Source: Gracilinanus agilis (taxonomy: Eukaryota). From it: 64,000 bases of DNA. Location of the stretch: NCBI RefSeq assembly GCF_016433145.1, contig NC_058130.1:480076876-480140875 (forward strand), in the 5' to 3' direction. Shown in pieces: positions 13,853 to 28,069 of this stretch. The notes under the pieces were generated by a model. It was given only the letters and a program-made list of their open reading frames with translations, did not search any database and had not been told where the DNA came from. Numbering within the stretch: position 1 is the first letter of the stretch; each line of letters begins with the position of its first letter. Position numbers and translations under genes: made by a program.

Positions 13853-14823
13853 GGTTATGAGGGTAATTGGAGGAAAGGTGTTTGGGATAAGGGAATTGAA
13901 AGGAGGATGTTAGAGACTTGGTGAGTGGATAAACTAGGCTACAGGTAGGCTGGGATTAAAGGGGATTCAGGGTATAAAAGGACTGAAGTCAGGAGTATAA
14001 CACAGAAGGGAAACAGAGATCTTTTTGGGAGAAAGAAGTTAAACTAAAAACAGACTAACACAGCACGCTTACAGACTGGGACTTAGACTCAAACACAAGC
14101 TGAGGGAAATAGACTAGACTGAAATTAACAAACAGGCTTTAGTTAATTTCACAGGAAGGGACCTATTTTGAAGTAACACCTTCCTTCAAAATGGATGCCC
14201 CAGCTACCCTTTAAGCTCAGAGTATGTTGTCTCTTTCCCTCTTCTTCCTTCTTGATAACTAACAAACAAATTACACTAAATAGGACTATTGAAACACAAA
14301 GGGTTTATTTGTTTGAAGGATGTTGGTTAGGAAGGTGGATTAAAGGAAAGCCCTATCAGTTATCTCAGGAACCTCAGGTGGGGGAAGGGAAGTGAAGATG
14401 GAATCTGAGTAAGGACCTGCCTTACTCAGTTTTACAAAATGCTATCTAAAGGGAATAAATGATGATTTGATTAAATTATAAATAATGCTGTCAACTAGGT
14501 AACTCTTCACAGATTTAGCTCCTCTCTAATTTCTCTCCTTATAAACTCCACAGCCACTAAGGTAAGGGAGGGAAGGCAGGGTGATATTAGGAAAGGAAGA
14601 TATAAAGGGTCTATCTAAAATAATAATTTCTTAAGTAAATATATCGATGCTAGGCTAAATTTCAATATTGAAGCTCGATAATCTAAGAGCTCGCTCATTG
14701 ACTTCCTCCCTCCACGGAAGATCCAGTCAACTGCCTCTCTCCTCAAGATTCTAAAAGCCCAACTGCTTTTGGAACTCAGCCAAAGCTAGAAAAAACTATA
14801 TCCCCCCAATTCTGTATACTACA
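13853..14823. mobile_element. Solo LTR (ERV1-like), family shared with 52604-53591
   Basis: 971 bp; ends ...tactaCA; start GG (TG in the other copy); 4-bp TSD CTCT at 13849-13852 and 14824-14827; roughly 88-90% identical to 52604-53591. AATAAA on minus strand near 14305 suggests minus orientation. Confidence 0.9.
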
Positions 14824-17739
14824 CTCTTTAGTCTGTTCAGATGAGATGGTCATAATATTAGATAGCATATAGAAGTCTGAGGTTCTTTGGAAGACTTATG
14901 CATTGCAGAAGCTGAATGTTGAGTTATTTTAATTTGGTAACAGGATCTGAGCAAGATAACATTTCAAAAAGATTACTTTGATGAATTCAATTATATGCAT
15001 GAAATAGTTCTTAAACAGCTTCTATGGACAAGACTTTGAACTAGATGCTGGTAGCACAGAGAAACACACGAAATAATCCCCGTCCTCAAGGACTTTGACA
15101 TGAATTATTTTCTTTTTCTTAGTACCATGTCCTTTTTTCCAAATTAATCAAATGAAATAGCACAAATTTGATTAGGATATACACACATATATATACATAT
15201 ATATATATGTACATATACATCTTGAAACTTATCTTTGTAATAGCTAAACTACTTGCTGTTTATAGAATAATGAAAATGAAAGAATAACTATTGAGACCCT
15301 TAAAGTTTGAGAGGGACTATGATTCTCTTCTTATATTCTTTTTCTGTATTTTTACAGTATTTCTTTCTAATGCAGAGGGAAATAAATAGTTATAATCCCT
15401 AATCATGGCCAGATCACAATGTGTATTATCAGCAATATTACTTTAATCTCAAGATTGAAGGAGTCATGCAAAGGATATCTGTTACAACACTTTGCCCTCA
15501 ATGGTCCAGGTTCTCAGTTATAATTAAAAAGAGGAGTGGGGTAAGTGCCCTTTTACTGTACCTACTTTTTAATTAGACATTGGGTAGAAATCTTTCAGAT
15601 TTCATTGGTATAAAGTTCTATGTCGAAAAGCAAGCAAACTCTTTGAGGGCAGTGACCATATTGTTTATTTATTTTTACCCTGTCCTTGATATAGTTCTTA
15701 ACACATGATTGAATTCAATAGATATTGTTGATTGATCAGTTACCAAGTAGCATTTGACTAGAAGTTTTAAAGTTTGGGCAAATAAATCTTTCAGTGTTCT
15801 TTTTGCATATGTCCTAATATATGACTGAATTTCCTCTATTTCATGAAAACTGTAACCAATGAAACATGAAATGACTGAAGAAGCATGGGTTTGTCTTTCT
15901 GAGCAAATAAACTTATTAAGCAATGCATGCCAATTGTCTAATAAATCAGGACCAAACCCCTTTCTCAATGTAGAGCTGGACTGCAAATACAGGGGAGACA
16001 AGATTTTATACGTTAAAAATAACCAGTCAAAAAACACCAATTAATTAAAAGGAAGCAATACAACATTGTGACATATTCTAGTTTCTAATTGGATGAAAGA
16101 TCAGGAATTTTCCATGTTGGGAAGTACCTTCTCTCTTATTAAGGAGGAGTGTCCCATTCATCCCCAAGTATCTTTAAATAATAAAATAAAAACAATGAAA
16201 CAATAACTGATTACTCAGTATAGGACTAATTTTTCAGATAAGCCATATGAGTTGCTTTATAGGTATAATTATGAGAAAACTCCTTACATCAGTCATTGGA
16301 TCTCACCACATTTCTGGTCAACATAATCTAAGTCCTTAGTTAAGGGTCTTGAAACAGCAGGTACAGGCAGAGCAGTTAGCCAGGAAGGGCAAGATTAAAA
16401 CAAGGCTATAAAGTTTTCTCCCAGTTTCTTCTCACAAGATAAAATTTAGACTAGGCCCATAATTGTGTAAAAGAAAAACTAAGCTAGCTGTAGAATTGTG
16501 TCATAAGCTGGGCTCATTTCACACAATTAACTACTTGCTATCATAATCCCCTCAGTTCTCTCAAATTTCTCACAATACTCACTGCCAATCCTTCCAGATA
16601 TTGTTACAGATTGATAAAATGTCAAAGGAAGAAGAGAATGCCACTGATAATGAAATTCAAACAAAGAAGTTCAGCCACCCTTCTTAGTATTGTAGTAGAG
16701 AGTAGCACATCAGTATGAACTAAAAAGAGAAAAGAAAGAAAGAAAACTCCAAAATTCCAAAACTCCAAAACTCACTTGAAGGACAAGTAGCTTTGAAAAC
16801 GGAAAGATCTCATAACTTAAAATATATTTATATGCAAATATGTTCTTATACACACATGTGTATGTATATACATATACATATGCACACATATGCTTGCATA
16901 CACTCACACAAAATATACATACACATATACACAGATATATACTTATCCCTAGTTCCTGTATTCACTGTCCTTTTGAACTATGATGTTCAACAAGGTTTGC
17001 AGGAGACAGTTTGGATTGTTCAAGTAAGACCTTTACAATGCAAATGAATGCTATTAGTTTATGAATAATTTTTGCCTTTGGTATGATTTAATATTGCAAA
17101 ACTCAAGAGGTGCTAATAGACAGACGTGCACATTTCTATGGAAATGAAATCAGTGAATTTTGCATAACTCTTTCTATTTGCTGTAGAGGACTGTTTTATC
17201 CATCTTAAGCAGTCTGCAAAGTGCTGTGCTAGTACTATCATTTTCTGTGTTCAAAACTGAATTGGTCCCCACTGGAGATTCAAATGGAATCATGACATGT
17301 TTACTCATGAATGACTTTGAGCAGTGTGGAGAGGAGAGTTGGGGTGGGGGGAGTAGCGATAACAGAATGTTAGCCCTACAAGAGGCTTTATGTTTCATTA
17401 TAGTCCAACTTCATCTTTTACAAGTGAAATAACTGAACATGAGAGAGGTAATTTAAATTGCCAAAGGTCAAAAAGCAAGAAAATGACAGAACTAGGTCTC
17501 AAAATAAGGTCTTCTGAATAACCTCCCAGTGTTTCTTCTACCACCCCACATCCAGCCATTCTCGTTTAATCAACAAATAATTATTAAATATTTTATATAC
17601 GTCATATATTGTGAACGGCACCAGTAACAGCACCAAGTATGGGAAGACTAAATCAACAAACAACATGTATAACCTATAGTCAAATAAAAAATATTTACAT
17701 AAGTAAGAGAAAGCCATTTTTGGCAGTAGTTGGCTTGAC

Positions 17740-17880
17740 AGCAATATTGTAATCCAGCCTCAGACTCTTAGTAGTTATGTAACTTTAAAATAACTCATTT
17801 ACCTTTGTTTATCTCAATTCCTCATCTGTAAAAATGGTCTGGATGAGGGAATAGTAGATCTTCCCAGTATTTTTGAAAAA
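17740..17880 (+). mobile_element. MIR3-like CORE-SINE remnant
   Basis: tctcaattcctcatctgtaaaaatggtctggatgaggg...atcttcccag. Confidence 0.55.
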
Positions 17881-17964
17881 AAGAAATCCCAACCCAAATT
17901 AGGGTCAGGAAGAATTATACAGGACACAACAACAACAAAATATTTAAGGAATAACACCTTCTTT

Positions 17965-18182
17965 TTTAGGGCAGTTGAATAATGTAGTGGGTAGAGTAAA
18001 GTCATCTTTCTGGGTTCAAATCTGACCTTAGACACTCACTGGCTATGTGACCCTGGACAAGCTTCTTAACTTTGTTTGCCTTGGTTTCAATATCTGTCAA
18101 ATGAGAGATGGCAAACGATTCAGCATCTTTGCCAAAAAATTCCCAAATGGTGTAAAAATACTTAGACATGAATGAAAAATGA
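17965..18182 (+). mobile_element. Mar1-like CORE-SINE
   Basis: gggcagttgaataatgtagtgggtagag head, gggttcaaatctg B-box, CORE, then RTE-type tail gagatggcaaacgattcagcatctttgccaaaaaattcccaaatgg...agacatgaatgaa. Confidence 0.8.
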
Positions 18183-18859
18183 TAAAATACAATTTTGAGG
18201 GGATAAGGCACCAGAAACTGGAGATACCAGGGCCTTTGCTGTTCAACAAAGTCTTCAGGCGAGTTTGGATTGCTCAAGCTAGTCGTGCCAACAAGGAAGT
18301 CTCTATCACCCTTGAATTCATCATCCCTTTATGTTTTCTGTTATTTTCATTATACCAATTTCTAATCCTAGACCACCCCTACGACCTACTGTTATTTGCT
18401 CTTCTGAGTCACTAGAGGAAGTTATGAATCCATGCTGCATCTACAGCAAATGCATATTGTTAAACATCAACTCTAAACTTCCTAAAGAACCATGAGATAC
18501 CTTATTATACAGCATAAAAGCAAATTCTAGTTTTCTGAAAAGATCAAAGGCATTCATTCTTGATATGACACTTTCCCCACTATCCTCCTCTCCCAACATT
18601 TTTTCTTCCTTTTCCATTATTTATTCTAGTCTTACAAGGGAAGATGGACCTCTTACTTTATGAAACTGGCCACTATGTTTGATCTTTAGTCCTATGTGAT
18701 TTGAGTAATATTTTATTAATCATTTATTTTCTCTACCCTTCTTCCTCTCTTATCTTTTAACTTCTTCTACTGTCTTTCCTCCTGCCAGTAGAAACATGTT
18801 CAGATCTCCCTAACTCTAAAAACCCTAAAAACAACATTTCTTTAATTCTTCAAGCCTGA

Positions 18860-19955
18860 TAAGAAACAATACCATAACATAATAACAATAGACAGGAAAT
18901 AACACTTAGGAGTATAATTGCGAAAACCGAGGAACTACATGAACATAATTATAAAACACTCTTTATACAAATATTTATTTAAATCATTGGAGAAATATCT
19001 GATTAAATCCCTGAAGAAATATTAATTATCTATGGGTTGGTAGGATTAATTTAGTTAAAAAGACAATTTTATCTACACTAATCTACTTATTTAATGTCAT
19101 TCCAATTAAATTACCAAATTATTTTATTGAACTAGGAAAAAAATCCATTGGAAATTCCATTGGAAAAACAAAAATGTCAAGAATATTAAAGGGATTAATG
19201 AAAAAATTTTAAAAAGTTCTAACAGTATCAGATTTTAAATGGTATTATAAAGCAGTAGTTATCAAAACTATCTCTAACTGGCTAAGAAATGCAACAGTTG
19301 TGGGGGATGGTTTCTAAAATGATTAAAGGATAAAATGACAAATATTGGAGGGAATATGGAAAAATGGAGACACATACACTTTTGGTGGAGCTGTGAACTC
19401 ATCCAACCATTTGAAGAACAATCTGGAGTTATTCCTCCAAATTTATAAAACTGTGTATATCTTTTGACCAAAATAACACCATTAGATTTGTTTCCTAAGG
19501 TGATCATGGAAAAAGGAAAATAATCTATACATTCTTAAATATTTAGAGCAGCTCTCTGTGCTGACAAAGGTTTGCAAAGTGAAGAACCATCCATCAATTC
19601 TAGAATGGCTAAACAAATCATGGCTTATACTTGTGAATGAATAATACTGTGCTGTAAGGAATGAGAAGCTAATTTTAAAAATCATGGAAAGACCCATATG
19701 AAATTACAAAGAGTGAAATAAACAAAACGAAGAGAACTTTTTATGCAGCAACAGAAATATTGTTTAAATAATAATGTGTATGTCCATCTCCAGAGAAAGA
19801 ATTAATGCATAAAAACAATCAAGACATAGTTTTATATGTATGTATATCTTTTTTTATAAAATTATGCCTTCTCTAGTCTGGGGAGGGGAAGGAAGAAGGG
19901 AGGTATTTTGGAACTTCAATGAAACAAATAAATAAATTTAATAATAAAAATGAAT
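18860..19955 (+). mobile_element. L1 3' fragment (ORF2 C-terminus plus 3' UTR)
   Basis: A-rich sense strand with decayed ORF2 motifs (acttaggagtataattg, ttaatgtcattccaattaaattacca, atacactttggtggagctgtgaac), G-rich 3' UTR and A-rich end. Confidence 0.85.
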
Positions 19956-20806
19956 AATACTTTTTCCATTCACAGATAAACTTTTGAAGAAAAAGTATTT
20001 TACACAGAGTTCCTCAATATTTCATCATATATTCATTCCTCAGCTCTTTTTAGTCATTCTTAAGGTCATCACTCTTCTGAAACTTTTCCTTCCAACATTA
20101 TCAATGACTATAATAACCAAATAGAATATCTGTTTCTTATTCAATTCTGGATTTTTCTTAAGCATTTCATGTATGTTAAGTACCTCTTACATATGGATAC
20201 TCCCTTACAAATACCACCTTTCCTATAGAGTCAGAAGGCAACATCCACATGGGCTTAACACACTAGGGAAGAATTTTAGGCTTGAGGATAAAGGAATGGT
20301 AGGTTGATATTTAAGAGGAGAGCATATGAAAACAAAAATCTGGCAGATCTTGTAGATAATATTCTCTTTATAGAGATGCTTTGCTCAAATTGAGCTCTTA
20401 CTAATTGATAAATAATACAACTATGTGGTGTATTTCAATTCCTTCTTCATTGTCTCCAAATTTAAAATTCTTTGAAAAATATAATATTTAAACAATTATT
20501 TTACTACTTAGCTCTTATCTTATACTTCCCACTGAAAATTCCTTGTGTGATCAATGGGACTTTCCCTCCAAAGAATAAACCACCTTAAAGAAACCAAACA
20601 AATGTGTTACAATGAATTTATTCATATTTCAAAAAGACCTTCAGAGAAAGGTCATTCTGGCAACAATTTTAGAACAGGCCAATAATCACTAAATAAACTA
20701 TTCTCCTTTGGAGTTGATATTATCTCATTGTATATCCATGTCCAGGTACTTTTTGTAAAAAAATCTGTGAACCTCCAAACCTATTCACTTCCTTCAATGA
20801 CTTTAA

Positions 20807-20990
20807 CAGGGATTTTTAATCACTGATTGAATTAATCTGATTACCTTATTTCAATATAATTGGTTTCCTTGGTAATCCTATGTATTAAGTTTTATGCATT
20901 TTAAAAATGTTATTCTAAGAAAATGCCCATCGAGTTCATCAGGATGCTGAAGGAGTTCATGACTCAAAGATAGTTAACCCCTTTGAACCC
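20807..20990. mobile_element. Old hAT-type MITE (marsupial Charlie-like)
   Basis: cagggatttttaatc...atttcaatataattggtttccttggtaatcctatgtattaagttttatgcattttaaaaatgttattctaagaaa...gttaacccc matches my recollection of a common marsupial hAT MITE; TIRs degraded, TSD not resolved. Confidence 0.55.
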
Positions 20991-21229
20991 TGTGTAACAA
21001 GATACTCCTCTCAGCATAAACAAATCACCTGAAATTTCATCTTCATATTGTTTAACTCATGCTCCTCTGATTTGAAGGCTAGAGAATGGAGAACTAAATC
21101 CCTACCAAAATTTTGGCTTTCCTTCTCACTTTCCACATTCCATTTGTAACTTTTTTGGGTTTTATTTCCTTGGTAATATGATTCCTGGAAAATAGAAGTT
21201 GCCTAATAAATGTCTATTCAGTTGAATAA

Positions 21230-21470
21230 TAGTCTGCCTTATCCCTATCCATGCCACCATTTTTTTTGACTACAATATTCATGCAGATGATTCTTCTAAC
21301 ACCTTTAATAAACTGTCCAATTCATATGACATCCTTGACTCTTCAACTTCAACTAATGATAGAACTGATTATAGCTCATCATCACAGGAAACTGCTCCAA
21401 CTCCAACATTCTCATCTCAATTTCTCCACTGTCCACAGCTTCTGATTAGTCTACTACTTTTACATAGTTA
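21230..21470 (+). mobile_element. L2 endonuclease-region fragment
   Basis: Decayed coding resembling APE endonuclease (DYNIHADDSSNT...HDILDSSTST.DR.DYSS...SDH-like); boundaries approximate. Confidence 0.5.
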
Positions 21471-22379
21471 GTTCTTCATATCCTTTCAATGTAATCTGAT
21501 AAGAACTGAATGTTATAATAGTTTTTCGAGAGTTGGAAATAGAACAACATTTGGCACATTATTTACTGCCAGGTAAATTCTTTTAACTCTATGAACATCA
21601 CTGTCTTCCTTATTAACAGGCCTCTTTTCATGAGAGAAAAAAACAGCTAAAAATATCCAATTTCCCCCCCCAAGTTCAAATGTGAAAAGTATTCTTCATT
21701 GCAAACCTCCAAAAATTAACTGCTAAAGGTGAACCGAATTTCTCAAAAGACATAATCACTAAGGCTAAAACCGTAGAACCTAGAATATTCCAAATACTTA
21801 CATAAACAAAAGTTTACATAAGACAGAATTCCAGTCTTTCATGGGAGCAAAATATCAATCTCTTGACACAGCCCTTTTTTATTCAAATTCCAGAGGGTTT
21901 GCATAGTAGGAAAGCACAGAATGATGAAACAGAACAGAGAAGAGAAAATGGCATGACTTTCTGTGCTTTCAGATGGTTTACATCTACACAAATCTATTTA
22001 CTGAAATCTTTCAAGATATTTTAATTTGTATAGTAGCCCTACTCCTCATCCCATGTGGAAGTGAAGTCAATCTAAAAAGAAACTTTTCATTCCTCCCTTA
22101 CATGGGGAGTAAGTATCCTAAAGCACAAAAAGAACTGTAGTTCTTAATTAAATAACATAAATGGGTTTGCATGAATATAAAATCTGTGGATATTGGAACA
22201 TTTTATCATTAATATTTTATAATTATGAGGTGTATATCAATATTAGGACTCAACCTGAGGTATAAACTGAAAACAGGAAAAAATAGCATGAGTTTGCTAA
22301 ATCTGATGAAACATACATATGTATATACATATTTGTCCACATCTATATCTTGATGACACAGCTTATAGAAAACCGGGTT

Positions 22380-22600
22380 TATGTTACAGAGTTCAAAGCC
22401 AGCCTGAGAAACTAACTGATTGTATGACTGTAGGCAAGTTGCTTACCATATTTTCCCCAGTTTTCTCAATTGTAAAATGGGAATATTAATAGCAAAACTT
22501 ACCTAGGGTTGTTATAATATCAAATGAGATAATATTTTAAAATAATTTAGCAGAGTGCCTGATATTTAACATGTGCTCAATAATTACTAGCTGTTATGTT
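22380..22600 (+). mobile_element. MIR remnant
   Basis: gttcaaagccagcctg...atgactgtaggcaagttgctt...ttttctcaattgtaaaatgggaatattaatagcaaaacttacctagggttgttataatatcaaatgagataat. Confidence 0.75.
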
Positions 22601-24739
22601 TCTGTTGTTGATGTATTTAACTAAATTGTGACTTTGACCAAAGTAATTCCTTTTACCACTCATATTTTATTCTCCCAAAATAGCTAGTGAATTCATTTGA
22701 ACTAGATTCCAATATGCATATTTTATAAAGTAATTGATCTGAAAGAAAACCAGAAAATTAAGTTGTTCTTCAAAATAAATTTGCAACAACCTGCTATTAC
22801 ATTTGAAATGCTGATAAAGTTCAAATCCCTGATAAAGCTTTCAAATTAAAGAATGAATTCAAATATCTTCATTTACTGAATTTATAATGGGGGAATATTC
22901 AATGATAGTATTTTTCACATTTGTATTACTGTTTTTAAACATTTTTAAAAATGCTGTTGGTATCCAAAGTATGTTAAGACCCTTGATTTCTGATAGATGA
23001 ACCTTTAAGCCATCCAGATTTTGAAGTAGTTTATGATTTGAGATCAAAAGTTAAAATACACTTTAAAATCCATTCATAAAATGAGGTAGCAGGCAAAATG
23101 AATTATACCCAAAGTTATAAACCTCCAGCAATTAAAATTAACTGCAATGAGCAGGTCCTTTGTTATAATTAGCTTCCATTTTGCATTTCCATTTTGAAAA
23201 TAAATCTTTATAGCACTGAAATTTGGCTTCGGGTTTTGTTGTCACATACAACACATGTGCTTAAGAGATATACCCTCCCATCTCTTTTTTCTTCCCTATA
23301 CACCACCTAGCTACAATTTAAAATGTCCAATTACAGCAATTATAATCAATTTGGGATTGGCAGACTTCCAGACATTTGGTTACCTTCATATCATACAGAC
23401 GGAAGCTTTAAAATGAAAAAAAAATAGGGCTACTAAAAATTACACAAAGATTCTGACAAACATTCCAGGACAAACAAATGTTTCCCATTCTTTGGTCTGT
23501 CTTTCAAAGTCTTAAAACTAGAAATAGCAAGGGAAGAATTTTTTATCTCATTTCATATAATTTCTTAACTTTTATTTTGCAGCATATTAATATATAGAAG
23601 TGGTTAACATGGACTTATATTTTTTAAATCTGTGAGCACCAAATTCTCAAGATTCCATTAGAAGAAATATTTCATTTTATACTCACCTATTTTGCTCTTT
23701 TTAAGCAACATTTGCTCATTATTTAATTTGTTCATGAATTTAATCATTCATTTCCTGGATGTGCAACTTCCATAAATTGAAAAGAAATATTCAATTCCAT
23801 TTGCTTCAGAGGATAATTTGTAATTAAAAAATTGATAGATTTGCTCTTTATTATACAGGAACATTATAATAGTGTTTCTAAAACAAGAAAATTAGCACTT
23901 GGTACATAATGTCATTAATAAAAATTATGATGAATAATTTTAGAATGTTTTGCCTTCCTTAGATATGAAGTGTCTTATAATATAAGGAAGTAATTTCAGA
24001 CAAATGAAATTGATCATAATGGGAATAAATAAATATTTTTCCAGTTCCATTTTGAACACTTTCTCTAAACAGTAATACTAAACCAATTTCTTCCCATAAA
24101 ACTTTTCTTTTGTGCTTTTTAGATAAATTTACTCTGGTCTAGGTATTTGAAGTTATTTTGTATTTTGCCTTTTCAATATTCATTTCTATCTTGGAAAGAA
24201 AGAGGAAAAGAGAGGGGGTGAAAAGAAGGAGAGAGGGAAGGAAGGAGAGACAGACATAGAAAGAGGGAAACAGAAAGACAAATCTATATTTATAGAGACA
24301 TTAAGAGAGACAAAGACAAAAATAGAAAGAGGGGCAGGGACAGAGACAGAGAGGGGAGCATTCTTTTACCAATTGAAATACCACTAAGAGATGATAGAGT
24401 GAAAAGAATACTAGACTTGTAGTCAAGTATACACCCAGGAAACAATAGATATATTCTGTAATGAGACATGGAGACCTCACTATAAGTATACTATCAAGGG
24501 CTTTGGGACACAAAAAGATTTATCTATGAAGATATGTTGTGGCTTCATGGGTAGATCCTAACAGAGACTAAACAGCACTGAGAAATGAAATATGATATGG
24601 ACTCAGAGAATATACTTAATGACAAATGTGAAAAAATATTACATAGAGTCCAATGAATTAGAAATGGTCTAAAGACCTTGGAAAATAGAAAATTTAAAAA
24701 TGGATACAATACTTTTACCCATGGCCCCTTGCTTCTCTC

Positions 24740-27620
24740 TCAATATTTGTGAATTCTGAAAGTAGAAAGCTAGGGGAAATTTTTATAGACAGAATCTCTG
24801 ATAAAGGACTCATTTCTCAAAAATAAAAAAGATTACTTCAGATTTATTTTTAATGTATTTTTATTATTTTTTTTATTTTTTTAAACCCTTAACTTCTGTG
24901 TATTGGCTCCTCGGTGGAAGAGTGGAAAGGGTGGGCAATGGGGGTCAAGTGACTTGCCCAGGGTCACACAGCTGGGACGTATCTGAGGCTGGATTTGAAC
25001 CTAGTACCTCCCATCTCTAGGTCTGACTCTCAATTCACTGAGCTACCCAGCTGCCCCCTTAACATATTTTTAAAGGAGAGATTAAATGAATTAAAGGAGG
25101 AAATATTCATTAAAACTGTTCTAGTAGACCTTAATTTTCCCTCTCTAAACTCGAATTTTATAACCCCAAAATAAACAATATGTTAAGGAGGTGAATAGAA
25201 TTTTAGAAAAAAAATTATATAAACTTCTGGAGAAAGTTAAATAAGAAGATAATATACACTTTTTTCTCAGCAGTACCTTATATCTACATAAAAACTGACC
25301 TTATATTAGGGCATAAAAACCTCACAAGCAAATGCAGGAAAGCAAAAATATCAAATGGATCTTTTCTATATCCGAATGCAATAAATTTATTTTGATAAAG
25401 AACCATGAAAAAACATTAAGTTAATAGGAAATTTAATAATCCCATTCTAAATAATGAGTGGATCAAAGAAGAAATAATAAAGAAGGCAATAATTTCAATT
25501 GGATAAGACAATAATTAGACAACATACCACAATTTATGGGATACATTAAAAAAGCATTACTTAGGTGGAAATGAATTGGGCATGAAACTAAAGAAAATTA
25601 GAAAGGAACAAATTAAGAATTTTGAATTAAATATCAAATAGGAAATCCTGAAAATCAAAAAATGGATAAATAAAACTGAAATTAAGAAAACAATTGAACT
25701 AATAAATAAAACTAAAATTTGGCAAAGTGAAATGAAAAAATCATTGAGGCATATGAAAACCAAAAAAGGAAAGAAGGAAACAAAATTACCTGTACCAAAA
25801 ATGATAATGTTGAATGTACTAACATTAAAGAGGAAATTAAAGTAATTATTGGTAGTTATTTTACCTCATTATATTTCAATATATCTGCCAATCTAAGTGA
25901 AATGGATGAATACTTACAAAAAAATTAAGTGGCCAGATTAATAAAAAGGGAAATAAGATACTTAAATAAATCCATCTCTGACAAAAGAAATTGAATAATT
26001 CATCAGTAAACTCCATAAGAAAATATTCCCAAGGACAGATGGATTCACAAATGAATTATGCCAAACTTTTAAAGAAAAAAATTAATACTAATACTAAATA
26101 AACCATTTAGAAAAATTCTTGAAGAATGGATCCTCTTAAATTCCTTTTATGAAAGAAATAAGGTACTATACCTAAATCAGGAAAAGTTAAAATGTTAAGT
26201 AAAGTATACACTGGTTTCACTAATGAATAGTGATGCAAAAATTTAAATAAATTGCTATTAAGGAAATTACAGCATTATATGACAAGATTTATATGCTATT
26301 TATAAGTGGGATTTATACCAGCAATAGAAGGAGGGTTTGAAAATAGAAAAACGATCAATACAAATGACTATATCAATAACAAAACCAACAGAAATCATGA
26401 TTATTTCAAGAGATGTAGAAAAAACCTTTGATAACATAAAACATCAATTCTCATTAAAGACATGAGAACAAAAGAAGAATAAATGAAACTTTCTTAAAAT
26501 GATAAATGGTATCTATCTAAAACAAACAGCAAAAATTATATGTAATAGGAATGAACTAGATAACTTTCCATTAAGATAAGGAGAGAAATAAGGATGCCTA
26601 TCACCACCACTACTACTCAGTCTCACTAGATATGCTAGCTACAATAAGAAAGAAAAAGGAATTGAAGCAATTAGAAGAGACAGTGAAGAAGCAAAACAAT
26701 TTATCTTTGCTGATGGTATGATAATGTACTTACGTAATTCTAAAGATTTATCTAAAAAAAACCTATTTGAAATAATTTATAACTTTAGCAAAATTGAGCA
26801 TATAAAACACTCCCAACTAGATCCAGAACTGTATGTACCTTGACATTGATTATGTACAACAGAACATGTTCTTCACAAAATAATTTTAATGCCATAAGAT
26901 AAGAAGTTTGTTCAAATGGGGAAATATTATATTAGATTTCTCAGTTAAAGGTTTGGTGTACAAGTTATACTCACAAAAATAAAACTATTTCCCAAAAGAT
27001 ACAGATCAAAGGATTTAAACAGAAAGTCATTGAAAGAAGAATTATAAACTATTACTAAAAATTACTACTGGAGAAATGCAAATAAAAGTATTCTGAAAGT
27101 TTTTTCATGTACATCAAATCTCAAAACAGCAAAATATGGGCAAAGTTAAATTATATTGGCTGTGGAAAACAGTTATATTATTTTAGTAGTCATGGAACTG
27201 TGAGTGAGCATTACCATTTCAGAATTTGCACTTATGCAATTAATGTGACCAAATATCCACACGTTTTCTTCCAGATTTTCCATTACTGATCTAAAACATC
27301 AAGGGGTTAGAAATAAAAATAATGTTCCAATATACACCAAAATATATTTAAGTACTTTTTTATAGTGGCAAATAATTGTCAGCAAAGTAGACGTCTACTG
27401 AATGAGAAATAATTATACAAATGGTGATACATGAATGTAAAAGTATCTTACTTTCATGTAAAAGATGAAAAATATGGTGAATACAGAAAAGCATAGAAAT
27501 ACACATAGAAACTCATTTAAAATGTAGCTAGCAGAGTAAAACAAAATAAGAGAAAACAATATTTACTATGACTAAATAAATATAAGTAGAAAGAACAAGA
27601 AGAGCAAAGAAAATGCTGGA
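24740..27620 (+). mobile_element. L1 ORF2 fragments (endonuclease, Z, RT and C-terminal pieces with internal deletions)
   Basis: Decayed motifs: aaaactgaccttatattagggcataaa (IDHILGHK-like), ggacagatggattcacaaatgaattatgccaaac (GPDGFT.EFYQ-like), gtgggatttatacc, ctttgctgatggtatgataatgtactta (FADDM-like). Interrupted by a SINE at 24864-25058. Confidence 0.9.
24864..25058 (-). mobile_element. SINE-1_MD-like tRNA-derived SINE
   Basis: Antisense ggggcagctgggtagctcagtg head; T-rich tail; 14-bp TSD ttaatgtattttta (24850-24863) / ttaacatattttta (25059-25072), differing as expected from opposite-strand decay of one CpG. Confidence 0.95.
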
Positions 27621-28069
27621 TCCACAAAGATAAGAAAAGTTCTCTATCCCACTAGTTTTCTGAGGTATGAAGTCTAGAGTTGTCAGATATATCACATATT
27701 TTTATTCTTTTCTAAGTATCAAAAAGACATGTAACTAAATTTAAAAATATTAATAAAATGCTTTCATCCTAGGCTTCATAATCACTTTTCAAAATGTTAA
27801 TGGCTCTATGATTTTATTAATATTGCTATTCCTTCAGGCAGAAGTATGTACTTCTATGTACTACATATATGTAAAGTTTTCTATTTATGTGTATTTACTA
27901 CATATGCATGTATATATGTACACATATTTACATATATACATGTAAAGGTTTCTATCAGGATCATACTCAAAATTGTTCTTTTTATTCCTTATAAGGACTT
28001 GAATACTTTGAGGCTAGCCTTAAAGAAATCAGGATTATCATTTTTCCCAGAGACAAGTGATGAAAGTGT

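Noticed and set aside
18270-18345. ABCA-like TM1 pattern (TLEFIIPLCF)
   Set aside because: Lacks the LLWKN motif, and the upstream ATG comes from a SINE tail.
21979-22035. MVYIYTNLFTEI resembling a recalled TMEM232 segment after a cag acceptor
   Set aside because: Short match only; flanking residues do not continue the similarity.
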